Shown here: in pieces, positions 1 to 9,655 of the stretch
Layout: every line of letters begins with the position of its first letter
Numbering within the stretch: the first letter of the stretch is position 1
Assembly: GCA_963727805.1 (NCBI GenBank)
Contig: CAVSHF010000003.1
Span: forward strand, 192,001 to 256,000
DNA length: 64,000 nucleotides
Reading direction: 5' to 3'
Source: an uncultured Nitrospiraceae bacterium
Lineage (GTDB): Bacteria; Nitrospirota; Thermodesulfovibrionia; Thermodesulfovibrionales; Dissulfurispiraceae
Notes under the pieces: model-generated
What the model was told of the DNA's origin: nothing
Database searches by the model: none
The model's input: the letters and a program-made list of their open reading frames with translations, nothing else
Position numbers and translations under genes: made by a program

Positions 1-226
1 TTCACTTATCCTGTAACGACGATGAAACTTACGGTCATAGTCTGCTGAGTGTTTTGTCTAAGGTCGATGCGTGCATGACCCCATCTGCTGCGGTCGAAGA
101 CTTCTGTCCCATTTTAATTTCGGACAGTCCACGATGTGCTAACTCTTCAGAGACTTTATCCTGAACCACAACAGTCTATTACTTGAAAGTGTGGCACGGG
201 CGAATGTTCTTTCAGCAACAATGCTG

Positions 227-1702
227 TTATGATCCGACTTTTTTGAAATCGATGTATCCTCGTTCAACGTCCGTGGAGACCAGTTGCACGCGAATACGAT
301 GACCGACGTCGGCGCCTTGGAATCCATGGACCAGCCTGCCTTCAACAGGTATGGTCAGAAGTCGGGCCCATGTGCCTTTCTCGGAAGCCCCTGTAACGAT
401 AGCATCAAACTTCTCACCGATTCTTGATTCGAGCAGAAGCGCGGCTGCGGACTTATCGACCTGCCGTTCAACTTTTTTGACGGCATTCTCCTCCTCGGTG
501 CAATGTTTCGCAAGCATTTCAAGGTCATGATTACTATAAGGCAGGGTCTTCCCTCCGAGCGCAGCTTTTAGCAAGCGTTGGGTGATAAGATCAGGATATC
601 GGCGGTTCGGAGCTGTGGAATGGGTATAGTCATTGACAGCGAGAGCAAAGTGACCTGTGGCGGTTTCTCCAGGAACCTCTGCAATATATTCGCCGGGTCC
701 CATAAGTTTAATAATAGCAAGTGATAGATCAGGGAATCTGAGCGGGTCGGCAGCTTTCTGCTTTGTTAAGAATTCCTGAAGTGCCACGGCATTTGGTGTC
801 CCGGGCAGCATGAACCCGTGCTCAGAAGCAATCTCGACAATCCGATCCCATCGCTTGGGAGTGCGCACGACACGTCGGATGTTTGGGACGTTTTTGGATG
901 AAAGATACCGCGCTATGACACCGTTTGCCGCTATCATGAAGTCCTCAATAATATCTTTTGCGCGGTTCGTCCTCTCTATTTGGAGTTCGCGAATTTCATA
1001 GTCATCAAAAATCGTTTTTGTCTTAATCGTCTCAAAACTTAATGCACCGTGCACATGCCGGAAATTCTTCATACTTTGTGCTGCACGATCTTGCAGGCGG
1101 AGATTCTCATCAAGTCCCTTTACCGCAGCGATGGAGTCAGGAATCGGGCCATTCCCTTCAAGCCACGCTGCGACGCTATTATAGGCAAGCTTTGCATAAT
1201 TACGCACGATTGCCCGATAGATATCGGAGCTCTGCAAGGTGCCGTCCGCCGCAATCACCATTTCTGCGACAAGAGCGAGTCGATCTTCGCTGAAGTTGAG
1301 GGATGTAAGGCCGGTGGAAAGTTTTTCGGGTAGCATGGGGAATATTTGAGCTGCAGTATAAATAGAAGTCGTGTTATGGCGCGCATGAGTATCGATTGAC
1401 GAGCCAGTCCGCACGAGTGAGTCCACATCGGCCACGGCCACGAATATCTTCACATTGTTGCCGGATGCCGACCCGGCAACGGTTAACTGATCCAAGTCAC
1501 GGGAGTCATCGTTGTCAATGGAAGCCCATACAAGAGTTTTCAGGTCGCAAATCTGATCATCGTTTACTGCTGCAGGAGCCTGGATTGTGGCAAGCTCAGC
1601 TAGTGCTTCTACGGAAAAGTCGGGGAGCAGACCTCTTTCAAGCATAACCCTGTGGGCGATTCTCTCGAGAATAGTGCGGTGCCTTCTATCGGTCTCGTTC
1701 AT
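227..1702 (-). CDS. RNB-domain ribonuclease (short RNase II/R family)
   Basis: 491 aa; SIDNDDSRDLDQ metal-binding region, IIEDFMIAAN, HFALAVNDYTHSTAPNRRYPDL motif, C-terminal S1-like segment; AGGGAGAG SD upstream. Confidence 0.9.
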   Translation of the reverse strand: MNETDRRHRTILERIAHRVMLERGLLPDFSVEALAELATIQAPAAVNDDQICDLKTLVWASIDNDDSRDLDQLTVAGSASGNNVKIFVAVADVDSLVRTGSSIDTHARHNTTSIYTAAQIFPMLPEKLSTGLTSLNFSEDRLALVAEMVIAADGTLQSSDIYRAIVRNYAKLAYNSVAAWLEGNGPIPDSIAAVKGLDENLRLQDRAAQSMKNFRHVHGALSFETIKTKTIFDDYEIRELQIERTNRAKDIIEDFMIAANGVIARYLSSKNVPNIRRVVRTPKRWDRIVEIASEHGFMLPGTPNAVALQEFLTKQKAADPLRFPDLSLAIIKLMGPGEYIAEVPGETATGHFALAVNDYTHSTAPNRRYPDLITQRLLKAALGGKTLPYSNHDLEMLAKHCTEEENAVKKVERQVDKSAAALLLESRIGEKFDAIVTGASEKGTWARLLTIPVEGRLVHGFQGADVGHRIRVQLVSTDVERGYIDFKKVGS

Positions 1703-1762
1703 GGGTTCTCTCTCCCTTTTTTAAAATGTTTAAGTTTGCTTGAAAGCATGCCTTATCGACAA

Positions 1763-2021
1763 CCACCACTGCCGCAAACCAATCGAGAGTCAGTCAGGAT
1801 CATTTATCTCCATTTATTTTGATTTTACCAAGCTTATCGGTCTTTTGACCGTCATAAGCTTCAAAACGGTGTCGCCCAGCTCAAGATATGCGACTTCTTC
1901 CGGCGGAAATGCCTTAACTTTGATCTGATTCCTAACTTTAACCCCAGACTCCGGTATAAAAGGATAGGGCTCTATCAAAAGCTTGCGGAATTGCCTCGAT
2001 TTGATCAATCTACTTGAACAT
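1763..2021 (-). pseudogene. VOC/glyoxalase-family pseudogene
   Basis: Manual translation: SD AAGGA, then MFK*IDQIEAIPQAFDRALSFYTGVWG, frameshift, KVRNQIKVKAFPPEEVAYLELGDTVLKLMTVKRPISLVKSK*MEINDPD*LSIGLRQW; resembles VOC motifs (FY..xLGF and DPDG..IEL) with three stops and a frameshift. Confidence 0.7.
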
Positions 2022-2512
2022 ATAAATTCCTTCTGGATCATACATTGGTACAGATACTATTTATATTACTATCTCCTTTAGTCGACGCAAAGTGTATTCA
2101 TACGCATGGCGCTTTGATCTATTAGCAAGATTCAACTTTGCCCAGGTTACCAATATCGCAACACATTGTTATAAAAGCAGTTAGTTTGATCATGATCGGG
2201 TCAACATTGCCCGCCGATACTGGGTCAAAATTCTACACCTGTTTACATGTAATGCTATGAGAATATCACGACTCTGTACATAAGTAAGCATTAATCTGCA
2301 TTGGGTTTCTTGATAACCATGATGACATACTTCTATAATAAACTCATACGAATTATCTAAACCCTTAGAGTGATCAGAGTGCAGCTTATCGGCATCGACA
2401 ATTTAGGTTGTAAGCTTGAAAATATAATCTCGGACTGGACCAGTTTCCGGGGAGCAGTCAAGTGTTAGAATATTTTCATCAGAAATGGCACTCTATGCGG
2501 GAGTAGGTTCTT

Positions 2513-3517
2513 GTGATTAAGACAATCAAAACGAAAAGCCTCAGGGTAGGCATGCATGTCATCATCCCCGCGTCATGGTTAAACCATCCATTTATAAAAA
2601 ACCGTTTTGTTATTAAATCGCGAGATCAAATACAAAAAATAATCGACAGCGGATTCGATGAGGTCAAGATAGAATTTTCAAAGAGCGTTCCAACAGTCGA
2701 ATCTAAAACTGTGGGTCATAAATACAAAAGTTTGCTTCCACCTGATAGATGGGAACCTGGGAAACTCGTTCCTCCCGAGATGCTTCAGGCTATTCATGAC
2801 AGAAACCTTCCGCCTGACAAAAAAGCCCGCATCATATACAAGTCCAGTATCGAACTGTTGGCGAAATTGTTTGAGGATCCACGGGCCGAAAATATACAGG
2901 AAGCCAAGCAAGGAGCGTCCGAGATAGTCGACCTGGTGCTCTCGCAGGAAGAGACATCCCAATATCTTCTCAGGATAACCTCCCATGATATTTATACCTA
3001 TACACATTCGGTCAAGGTGGGATTTCTCGCAATATTGCTCTCAAAGCATCTATTCAAAAAATCAGATGCTCATAATATGCATGAACTAGGGGCCAGCTTT
3101 TTCCTTCATGACTTGGGCAAAGTGCGAGTCGACCCTGCGATAATCCGCAAACAGGGCAGACTGACTAGACAAGAGATGGATATTATGAAGAGGCACCCAT
3201 ACCATGGGTTCAAGATACTTCAGGAGGCCGATCAGTTATCGAAGGAATGCGCCATTATTACCATGCAGCACCACGAACGGGACGATGGCACTGGATATCC
3301 GATGGGCCTCAAGGGCGAGCGAATCCATATCTACGGACGCATTTGCTGTATTGCCGATGTGTACGATGCGCTGACCGGTGAGCGTTCATACAAGCCGAAA
3401 CTGACTCCTTTTGAGGCCCTGAAAGTAATGAAGGAAGAAATGCTGAATCATTTCCACAGAGATATTTTCGAGCAATTCGTACTGCTATTTACAGATACGG
3501 GAGTCAAGCGTACCTGA
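2513..3517 (+). CDS. HD-GYP phosphodiesterase with DUF3391-like N-terminus
   Basis: DIYTYTHS, LHDLGK, HHERDDGTGYP, IADVYDALTGERSYK motifs intact; GTG start after GGGAG. Confidence 0.9.
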   Translation: MIKTIKTKSLRVGMHVIIPASWLNHPFIKNRFVIKSRDQIQKIIDSGFDEVKIEFSKSVPTVESKTVGHKYKSLLPPDRWEPGKLVPPEMLQAIHDRNLPPDKKARIIYKSSIELLAKLFEDPRAENIQEAKQGASEIVDLVLSQEETSQYLLRITSHDIYTYTHSVKVGFLAILLSKHLFKKSDAHNMHELGASFFLHDLGKVRVDPAIIRKQGRLTRQEMDIMKRHPYHGFKILQEADQLSKECAIITMQHHERDDGTGYPMGLKGERIHIYGRICCIADVYDALTGERSYKPKLTPFEALKVMKEEMLNHFHRDIFEQFVLLFTDTGVKRT

Positions 3518-3999
3518 CGCATCAGTTAGGTTCAAATGGAGTAGTTCTGCACATTTCAGACAGAGACAGCAGATATGAACTAATTGTCGGCGCATAAAGA
3601 ACTCAGAAGCACCGTGAAAGATAGCCTCGAAGAAGAAAAGACAAGAGCTTTCACTTTTTTTAGAAAGCTAATGACATGAATGTTGCGAGATTTATTTGGG
3701 AACCCCATAGTCGGCAACATTGCTCAAGTGCATGACTGCACATAAAGGCCTCTCTATCTGGGGAATGCCGCCAAGTTTAAATTTCCATGTAAAGTTAAAA
3801 GTCTGGAATCTCAGTTCTTAATGTTACTCCCTACTCCAATCGCGTTTGTGCCCATCAACTTCCCGACGGCGGAATGGGGCATCCCAACTTTGCCAGCCTT
3901 CTGTTTTGAGACTTAAGAATGTTTCCTGTAAATCCATGTATTATCCCTTCCAGCCTCACAGGGGCATCTCCTTAATTTAAATGGAGGAGCGAAGAACGG

Positions 4000-4968
4000 T
4001 TAAGCAATCGCTGTAAGTGCATCTTCGATGATTCCCTTGAAAAGCGGAATCTTGTATCCATTGTGCTCCAGAGGTTGAGCGTCACTTACGGCTGCGGCGC
4101 CTGCTTTTCTGGCGTTCTCAGAATCCAGTATCTTTCCTTTGATGGCGTCCTCAGCCTCTTTAGAGCGCCAAGGAACAGGAGCTGCAGCAGCCAATACTAT
4201 CCTGGCATCAGCCACAACAGCTCCTTTGAGTTGCAGTGCAATGGCAACTCCTGCAATAGCAAAATCCCACGAACGGCGGCCCCTCACCTTGCGGTAGCAA
4301 CTCCTCATTCCCTGAGCGGGAGGAGACAGCATTATTTCAGTCACGATCTCACCTGGTTCGAGGATGGTCTCCTGCATTACGTCCTGTGCCGGCAAAACGA
4401 AGAAATTGCTGACGGGGATACGTCTGCTTCCACTGGGACCTGCAGTATGCACTGTCGCGCCATATGCCATGAGTGCCGGGGCCGTGTCGGAAGGATGCAC
4501 AATATAACAGCCCTGTCCGCCCAGGATGCAGTGGTAATGGTTCTCACCGGCGACCGCAAAGCAGCGGTCTCCTCCTTTTCTGAGGCATTGGAATTCCCCC
4601 CGGTAGTACCAGCACCGCGGTTTCTGGCAGAGATTACCCCCGAGCGTTCCCTGGTTGCGAAGCTGAGGACTCGAGGCCGCGGCTGCACCTTGGGCAAGCG
4701 CGGGATATCGCTGATTGACGGTAGGGCTTTCGGCGATCTCGGTCAGGGTTGCGAGAGCACCTATACGTAGACCTTCATTGGTTTCCTTAATGCCTTTCAA
4801 GTCCTTCAAAGCGCTGATGCTGACAACGCTTTTCAGACTAAAAACGTTATCGCGAATGCATCCCAGAAGATCTGTCCCTCCTGCATGAATTCTCGCTCCT
4901 TCGCCAGAGAGGTGAGTGATGGCATCCTTGAGAGAGTTTGCCCTTATGTAGGTGAATTCGGGTATCAT
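4000..4968 (-). CDS. Xanthine dehydrogenase-family FAD subunit with [4Fe-4S] motif (PaoB/YagS-like)
   Basis: AGGTDL FAD motif, RNQGTLGGNLCQKPRCWYYR-C-C-C-HPSD; likely start ATG 4968 (MIPEFTY) just after the Mo subunit stop. Confidence 0.9.
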   Translation of the reverse strand: MIPEFTYIRANSLKDAITHLSGEGARIHAGGTDLLGCIRDNVFSLKSVVSISALKDLKGIKETNEGLRIGALATLTEIAESPTVNQRYPALAQGAAAASSPQLRNQGTLGGNLCQKPRCWYYRGEFQCLRKGGDRCFAVAGENHYHCILGGQGCYIVHPSDTAPALMAYGATVHTAGPSGSRRIPVSNFFVLPAQDVMQETILEPGEIVTEIMLSPPAQGMRSCYRKVRGRRSWDFAIAGVAIALQLKGAVVADARIVLAAAAPVPWRSKEAEDAIKGKILDSENARKAGAAAVSDAQPLEHNGYKIPLFKGIIEDALTAIA

Positions 4969-4972
4969 GACC

Positions 4973-7300
4973 TCATCCCTCCTTCCTGCGTGAGGCCAAG
5001 GCATTGCATAGCCGCAGAGGATTGATAGGTGTGCCTGTGATGCGGACCCCGACCGCATTGTAAACCGCATTGGCGATTGCCGCTGCAGTGGGGATAGTGA
5101 CAGGCTCACCGAGACCCTTGGCGCCCGTGGTATTAGCCTCAACATCCTTCGTTTCAATCGGCAGTGAAATTATGCTGGTGGGAACATCCATAGCCGTGGG
5201 TATCTTGTAGTCGTGCCAGTTTCTGTTAACCATCTTGCCGGTCTGGTTCCGGTCGAGTATTCTTTCCTCTGTGAGGCCGAACCCGATTCCCATGGTGATG
5301 CCGCCGAAGACCTGATTGTCAAATGTCAGCCGGTCCATGACGCGGCCGCTGTCGTGTGCGCCGAGGAAGCGGAGGACCTTGATCTCTCCAGTCAGTGTGT
5401 TCACCTCTACTTCGCAGAACTGCGCAGCGAATGGATTGACCACCTTTCCCTCCGGATTCGGTCCGCGATAGCCGACCCCAACTATGAGGCCGCGTTTCTT
5501 TAGTCCGGTAATATTCTTGATCATCAACTGCTGTGCCGGGTCTTTCCGAGAGACGACCGCATCGTTACTAAGTGTTAGAGATGATAGTTCCATTTTGAGA
5601 TCATCAGCAGCAAGGGCAAGCAGCTGTTGTTTGACATGGATCGCTGCTGCCCTGACTGCCGGCGATTCTGTGGCAACGGTTTTGCTGCCTCCGCTCGGCG
5701 TGGCATATTGCGTTGTCCCCGTGTCGGCATGCTCGATCTGGATTACGTCTGGTTTCACACCCAGCTCTTCAGAAACGACCATAGCCATGACTGTCTTTGT
5801 CCCTGTGCCTATATCACTTGCGCCCATGTTCAAGCTGACACTTCCGTCGGAAAATAGTTTTACGATGATGGTCGAGGGAGGTCCTCCTCCTCCAGCGATC
5901 CATAGTGCAGCGGCCATCCCGACACCTCTGCGAAGATGGCTATCTGCTTTTTGTTCTGCAGTCGTCTTTCTTGCCTCGTACCAGCCGAAAGTCTTCGCTC
6001 CTTCGATGAGGCATTGACGCAATCCGGTCGTCGTATATGGTGGATTACCGGGCCGCGCCTGGCTGAACAGCGGAATGTTCTGCAGTCGCAGGTCCACGGG
6101 GTCTATCCCTATTCTGTCCGCTAGCGCATCAAGCATCTGCTCGAGCGCCCATGAACATTGTGGATGGCCAGGGGCGCGGAAAGGGCGCGCGGGTCCGGCG
6201 TTGATGTAGACATCAGTCGTTTCAGTCCTTATGTTAGGACAACTGTAGAGGTCTCTCACCAGCCAGTCCACGAGGTTCGTGCCTCCGGCGGAATAGGCGC
6301 CTCCGGTGGCGATGACTGAGTAGTTGAGGGCTGTGAGAGTACCGTCGCGCTTTACTCCAGCTTTGAGCTGCATTGAAGCAGGGGGTCGGTTCCCGGCAGC
6401 AAGCAAGGTCTCCTCGCGGGTCATGAAAAGCTTGACGGGGCGTGCGGTTTTCCGGGCTAATACTGCGGCGATAATAGTGAATTTGTCGGCCCGTAATTTA
6501 CTGCCGAATCCGCCTCCCATGTAATGGCCGATAACGCGGACCTTCGAAAGGGGTAGTCTCATGATTTCAGCGACCATTGCCTGTATGGAATAGACACCCT
6601 GAGTCGATTGCCATATGCTGAGGCGGTCCCCATCCCATTGTGCCACGCAGCCGTGCAATTCTATCGGTGTATGCAATTCAGACTCGCTTCGGTAACTCTC
6701 CTCAATGACCACATCCGCATCGGCAAAACCCTTTTCGGTATCTCCCCGTGAATATGTGTCGGTCTTCAATTTGTTTCCGTCAGTGTGAATGAGCGGCGCA
6801 TCTGCGGCAAGGGCTTTAGTCTCGTCTGCAACAAAGGGCAGGATGTTGTAAGTCACCTTTAGTGAACGGATGGCATCCCGCGCCTGATAAATGGTGTCGG
6901 CGGCGACTGCGGCTATTTCCTCCCCCTCGAATCTGCAATGGTCATCAAATAGTTTGGTTTTAACTTCTGGGGCATAGGGCCACGACAAATCGGCCTCGGG
7001 AGAAGATCCCGTGATGATCGCCCTCACCCCCGGCATTTTTTCGGCGGCTGATGTATCTATCCTCTGAATGATACAATGGGGATAAGGGCTGCGGAGGATA
7101 GCCACGTAAAGCATGTTGGGTAGTACGATATCGGATGGGTAAACGGCGTTGCCACTCACTCTCTCATAAGCATCCACCCTGGGGAGGGGCTTACCGACGA
7201 CTTCGGTCTTCTTCCATGGCTTTGGATTTTTATCAGGTAAAGGGGTTTCGGGAACAGGAATGTCCCTCAGGTGATAGAATCCGCGATCGGTGTCGTTCAT
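4973..7300 (-). CDS. Xanthine dehydrogenase-family molybdopterin-binding subunit (PaoC/YagR-like)
   Basis: GGGFGSK, PFRAPGHPQ, DIGTGT, KGLGEP (catalytic Glu) motifs. Confidence 0.93.
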   Translation of the reverse strand: MNDTDRGFYHLRDIPVPETPLPDKNPKPWKKTEVVGKPLPRVDAYERVSGNAVYPSDIVLPNMLYVAILRSPYPHCIIQRIDTSAAEKMPGVRAIITGSSPEADLSWPYAPEVKTKLFDDHCRFEGEEIAAVAADTIYQARDAIRSLKVTYNILPFVADETKALAADAPLIHTDGNKLKTDTYSRGDTEKGFADADVVIEESYRSESELHTPIELHGCVAQWDGDRLSIWQSTQGVYSIQAMVAEIMRLPLSKVRVIGHYMGGGFGSKLRADKFTIIAAVLARKTARPVKLFMTREETLLAAGNRPPASMQLKAGVKRDGTLTALNYSVIATGGAYSAGGTNLVDWLVRDLYSCPNIRTETTDVYINAGPARPFRAPGHPQCSWALEQMLDALADRIGIDPVDLRLQNIPLFSQARPGNPPYTTTGLRQCLIEGAKTFGWYEARKTTAEQKADSHLRRGVGMAAALWIAGGGGPPSTIIVKLFSDGSVSLNMGASDIGTGTKTVMAMVVSEELGVKPDVIQIEHADTGTTQYATPSGGSKTVATESPAVRAAAIHVKQQLLALAADDLKMELSSLTLSNDAVVSRKDPAQQLMIKNITGLKKRGLIVGVGYRGPNPEGKVVNPFAAQFCEVEVNTLTGEIKVLRFLGAHDSGRVMDRLTFDNQVFGGITMGIGFGLTEERILDRNQTGKMVNRNWHDYKIPTAMDVPTSIISLPIETKDVEANTTGAKGLGEPVTIPTAAAIANAVYNAVGVRITGTPINPLRLCNALASRRKEG

Positions 7301-7947
7301 GATGCACCTCCGCGTTTAAGTTCTCCTGCTTTTTTTGCGGCTTTGAATATATTGATGTATGCCCCGCAGCGGCAAAGATTTCCGCTCACTCCATCCCTTA
7401 TTTCGTCGAGGGAAGGATTGGGCGTCTTGCGAAGCAGACCTTCAACGGCCATTATCTGTCCCGGTGTGCAGTAGCCGCACTGAAATGCATCATGTTCGAC
7501 AAATGCCTCCTGAACCGAACCCAGCTTCTCACCATGCATGAGACCCTCGAGGGTCGTTATTTCCATACCTTCGGCTTCCACCGCCAGAGTCATACAGGCA
7601 TAACGTGGTATATTATTGATTAGCACGGTGCAGGCCCCGCACTCGCCCCGTTCGCAGCCAACCTTGGTTCCGGTCAACCCCAGCTCTTCGCGGAGGACAT
7701 GGAGCAAAGACCACCGTGGCTCTATGAGGAGGTGATACTCATGGCTGTTGATTTTCAGGTTTATCTCGAGTGCCTCTCCAGACTTTATGACAGCTGCCGA
7801 GGCATCTTTTCCCCCTGCTAGATTCCCCGAAGCTGCGACGGCGACAGCGCCTATCCCAAGAGAGGCGAGGAATTGCCGCCGGGTCACTCCTTTGCCGCAC
7901 TCATTAGCGCTGCCCCTGCAACCTTTTGTGTCCTGTTTCTCGCTCAT
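7297..7947 (-). CDS. 2x[2Fe-2S] subunit with Tat signal (PaoA/YagT-like)
   Basis: TRRQFL twin-arginine motif plus hydrophobic stretch; GCERGECGACT, QCGYCTPG, NLCRCG; AAGGAG SD. Confidence 0.93.
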   Translation of the reverse strand: MSEKQDTKGCRGSANECGKGVTRRQFLASLGIGAVAVAASGNLAGGKDASAAVIKSGEALEINLKINSHEYHLLIEPRWSLLHVLREELGLTGTKVGCERGECGACTVLINNIPRYACMTLAVEAEGMEITTLEGLMHGEKLGSVQEAFVEHDAFQCGYCTPGQIMAVEGLLRKTPNPSLDEIRDGVSGNLCRCGAYINIFKAAKKAGELKRGGAS

Positions 7948-7965
7948 AATGCGCTCCTTGCATAC

Positions 7966-8078
7966 TTAGGACTTCTTCAGGTCTCCGGCGCGGACTAGCA
8001 GGGCTCAGGTGCGTTTCCAGCCGCGACAAAGACCGCATTCGCTACTGCCGCAACGATGGGCGGAACTCCGGCCTCGTC
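7966..8078 (-). pseudogene. C-terminal relic of a second molybdenum-hydroxylase large subunit (IorB-like)
   Basis: Translates DEAGVPPIVAAVANAVFVAAG, frameshift, RT*ALLVRAGDLKKS*; resembles the [28 protein letters not shown] family C-terminus. Confidence 0.65.
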
Positions 8079-8436
8079 CGGCTTCCATGTCATAAAAATA
8101 GTGTAACCAATAGTGTACCAACTGTAAATGATATCCTCTCCGGTATAAATGCCAAGGATTCCCGACTCAAGCTGCGAGTCGAGACCTTGGTTCCTGCTTC
8201 ATCGAGCATTCTTGAAGACCAGCATCTCCACAGGCTAACAGGGCGAGTCTCGCTCGTAGCATATTCTTTGCCGCTTCCCAAAATAACCGTTAAATTCAGA
8301 GTTGATGAGGAATGCAACTTTAGTTGAGAAGAAATGGGATGAAGGAGAATGACTCACTTAACGAGCAACCGTCCAGCTTTTATAAATAGTAGGTAAAATG
8401 AAATTTGTTCCGTGCAAAGATATCGGTGTGGCTGGC

Positions 8437-9603
8437 CTAAGAATACAAACTGAGAAACGCACATTTTAGGTATTCTGTCTCGGGTACAGAGAGAAGGACG
8501 GGATGGTCTCTTCCCTGGGAGCGGTATCCGATAAGCCTGAACTGCCTGCTCGCATCTTTAGCCGAATCCCTGAGCATATCGAGAAAGACTGCTTTTTCTA
8601 TGTGATAAGAACAAGAGGAAGTGGCGAGGATGCCATCTTCTTTAAGGAGATTCATGGCAAGGGTATTTATTTCGCGATAGCCTTTTAGCCCCTCTTTAAT
8701 CTTTAGCCTGCTCTTCACAAAAGCGGGGGGATCGAGTACGATGAAGTCATAACTGCTTCCGACTTCGAGTTCCTCTTTCAGAAAGGTAAAGACATCGGCC
8801 TTTTTATATTTACACTCCTTTTCTAGTCCATTGCGCGCTGCATTTGATTTGACTTGTGAAAGCGCCATTTCTGAAGCGTCGACAAAGGTGACTGATAGCC
8901 CCTTAGCCGCAAGCTGCAATCCCCACGCACCCGAATAGCAAAAGAGATCGAGGCCCTTTCCTTGGTGAATAAGTTCTTTGAATGCCAGCCTGTTCTCACG
9001 TTGATCGAGAAAGAAACCGGTTTTCTGACCTGCCAGAGGATCGATCTCAAAGGAAAGCGCGCCTTCACGAATGATCGGCAAAGCATCAGCAGTACCCTTC
9101 ACAACCTCTGTGGACAGCGGAAGGCCTTCGAGAACTCTGCTCTGGCTGTCATTTCTTAAAACAATGACTGAAGGCGCCAGGATATCGTCAAAAAGTCCAA
9201 TGATGGTATCTCTGAACTGTTCCATTCCCAATGTCAAAAACTGAAGAACAAGGCACTCGCCGTATTTATCTGCGATCAATCCGGGGAGCAAGTCCCCCTC
9301 ACTGAAGATCACCCTGAATGAATCGCTTTTTATCCCGACACGTTCCCTGTAATAAAGTGCATCATATATCCTTTTTCTGAAGAACTTCGCATCGATATCC
9401 TCTCTTTTGCGTGTCAGGAGCCTTACGGCTATCAGTGAATTCGGGTTGATATAGCCGATGCCGATAAACTCTTTTTTCATGTCAAAGACTTCGACTAGAG
9501 AGGCCGGTTCATGGTTTTTGGGACTGGTGGCGAGTTCATTCGAAAAAATCCAATTGTGTCCTGCGAGGATCCTGCTTGTACGCCTGAGAAGTATCTTATC
9601 CAT
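8437..9603 (-). CDS. rlmI: RlmI-family SAM-dependent rRNA methyltransferase
   Basis: GHNWIFSNE PUA start, SEGDLLPGLIADKY, GQKTGFFLDQRENR, DLFCYSG, VLDPPAF, PETEYLK; start ATG 9603 or 9606. Confidence 0.9.
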   Translation of the reverse strand: MDKILLRRTSRILAGHNWIFSNELATSPKNHEPASLVEVFDMKKEFIGIGYINPNSLIAVRLLTRKREDIDAKFFRKRIYDALYYRERVGIKSDSFRVIFSEGDLLPGLIADKYGECLVLQFLTLGMEQFRDTIIGLFDDILAPSVIVLRNDSQSRVLEGLPLSTEVVKGTADALPIIREGALSFEIDPLAGQKTGFFLDQRENRLAFKELIHQGKGLDLFCYSGAWGLQLAAKGLSVTFVDASEMALSQVKSNAARNGLEKECKYKKADVFTFLKEELEVGSSYDFIVLDPPAFVKSRLKIKEGLKGYREINTLAMNLLKEDGILATSSCSYHIEKAVFLDMLRDSAKDASRQFRLIGYRSQGRDHPVLLSVPETEYLKCAFLSLYS

Positions 9604-9655
9604 CATTCATTATATAATAAGAATAAGGGGAAAAGTATGACGCAAGGATAAGAAA

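Noticed and set aside
2084..2152. GACGCAAAG...CCAGGTTACC upstream of the HD-GYP gene, reminiscent of a c-di-GMP-I riboswitch
   Set aside because: No GGCAAAC 5' strand, no GNRA-capped P2 and no convincing P3 pairing
2486..2498. TGGCAC...ATGC sigma54-like site before the HD-GYP gene
   Set aside because: GG and GC are separated by 8 nt rather than the required 10
3824..3937. 37-aa minus-strand ORF MDLQETFLSLK..., faintly like the GlyQ N-terminus after a frameshift
   Set aside because: Similarity is too short and weak to support without a search
4063..4770. Long antisense ORFs (also 13969-14742, 21837-22526, 47680-48414, 50039-50917 and many others)
   Set aside because: Shadows of well-supported genes on the opposite strand with no recognisable motifs
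4969..5157. ORF-track N-terminal extension of the FAD subunit
   Set aside because: It overlaps the Mo subunit gene; family similarity starts at ATG 4968
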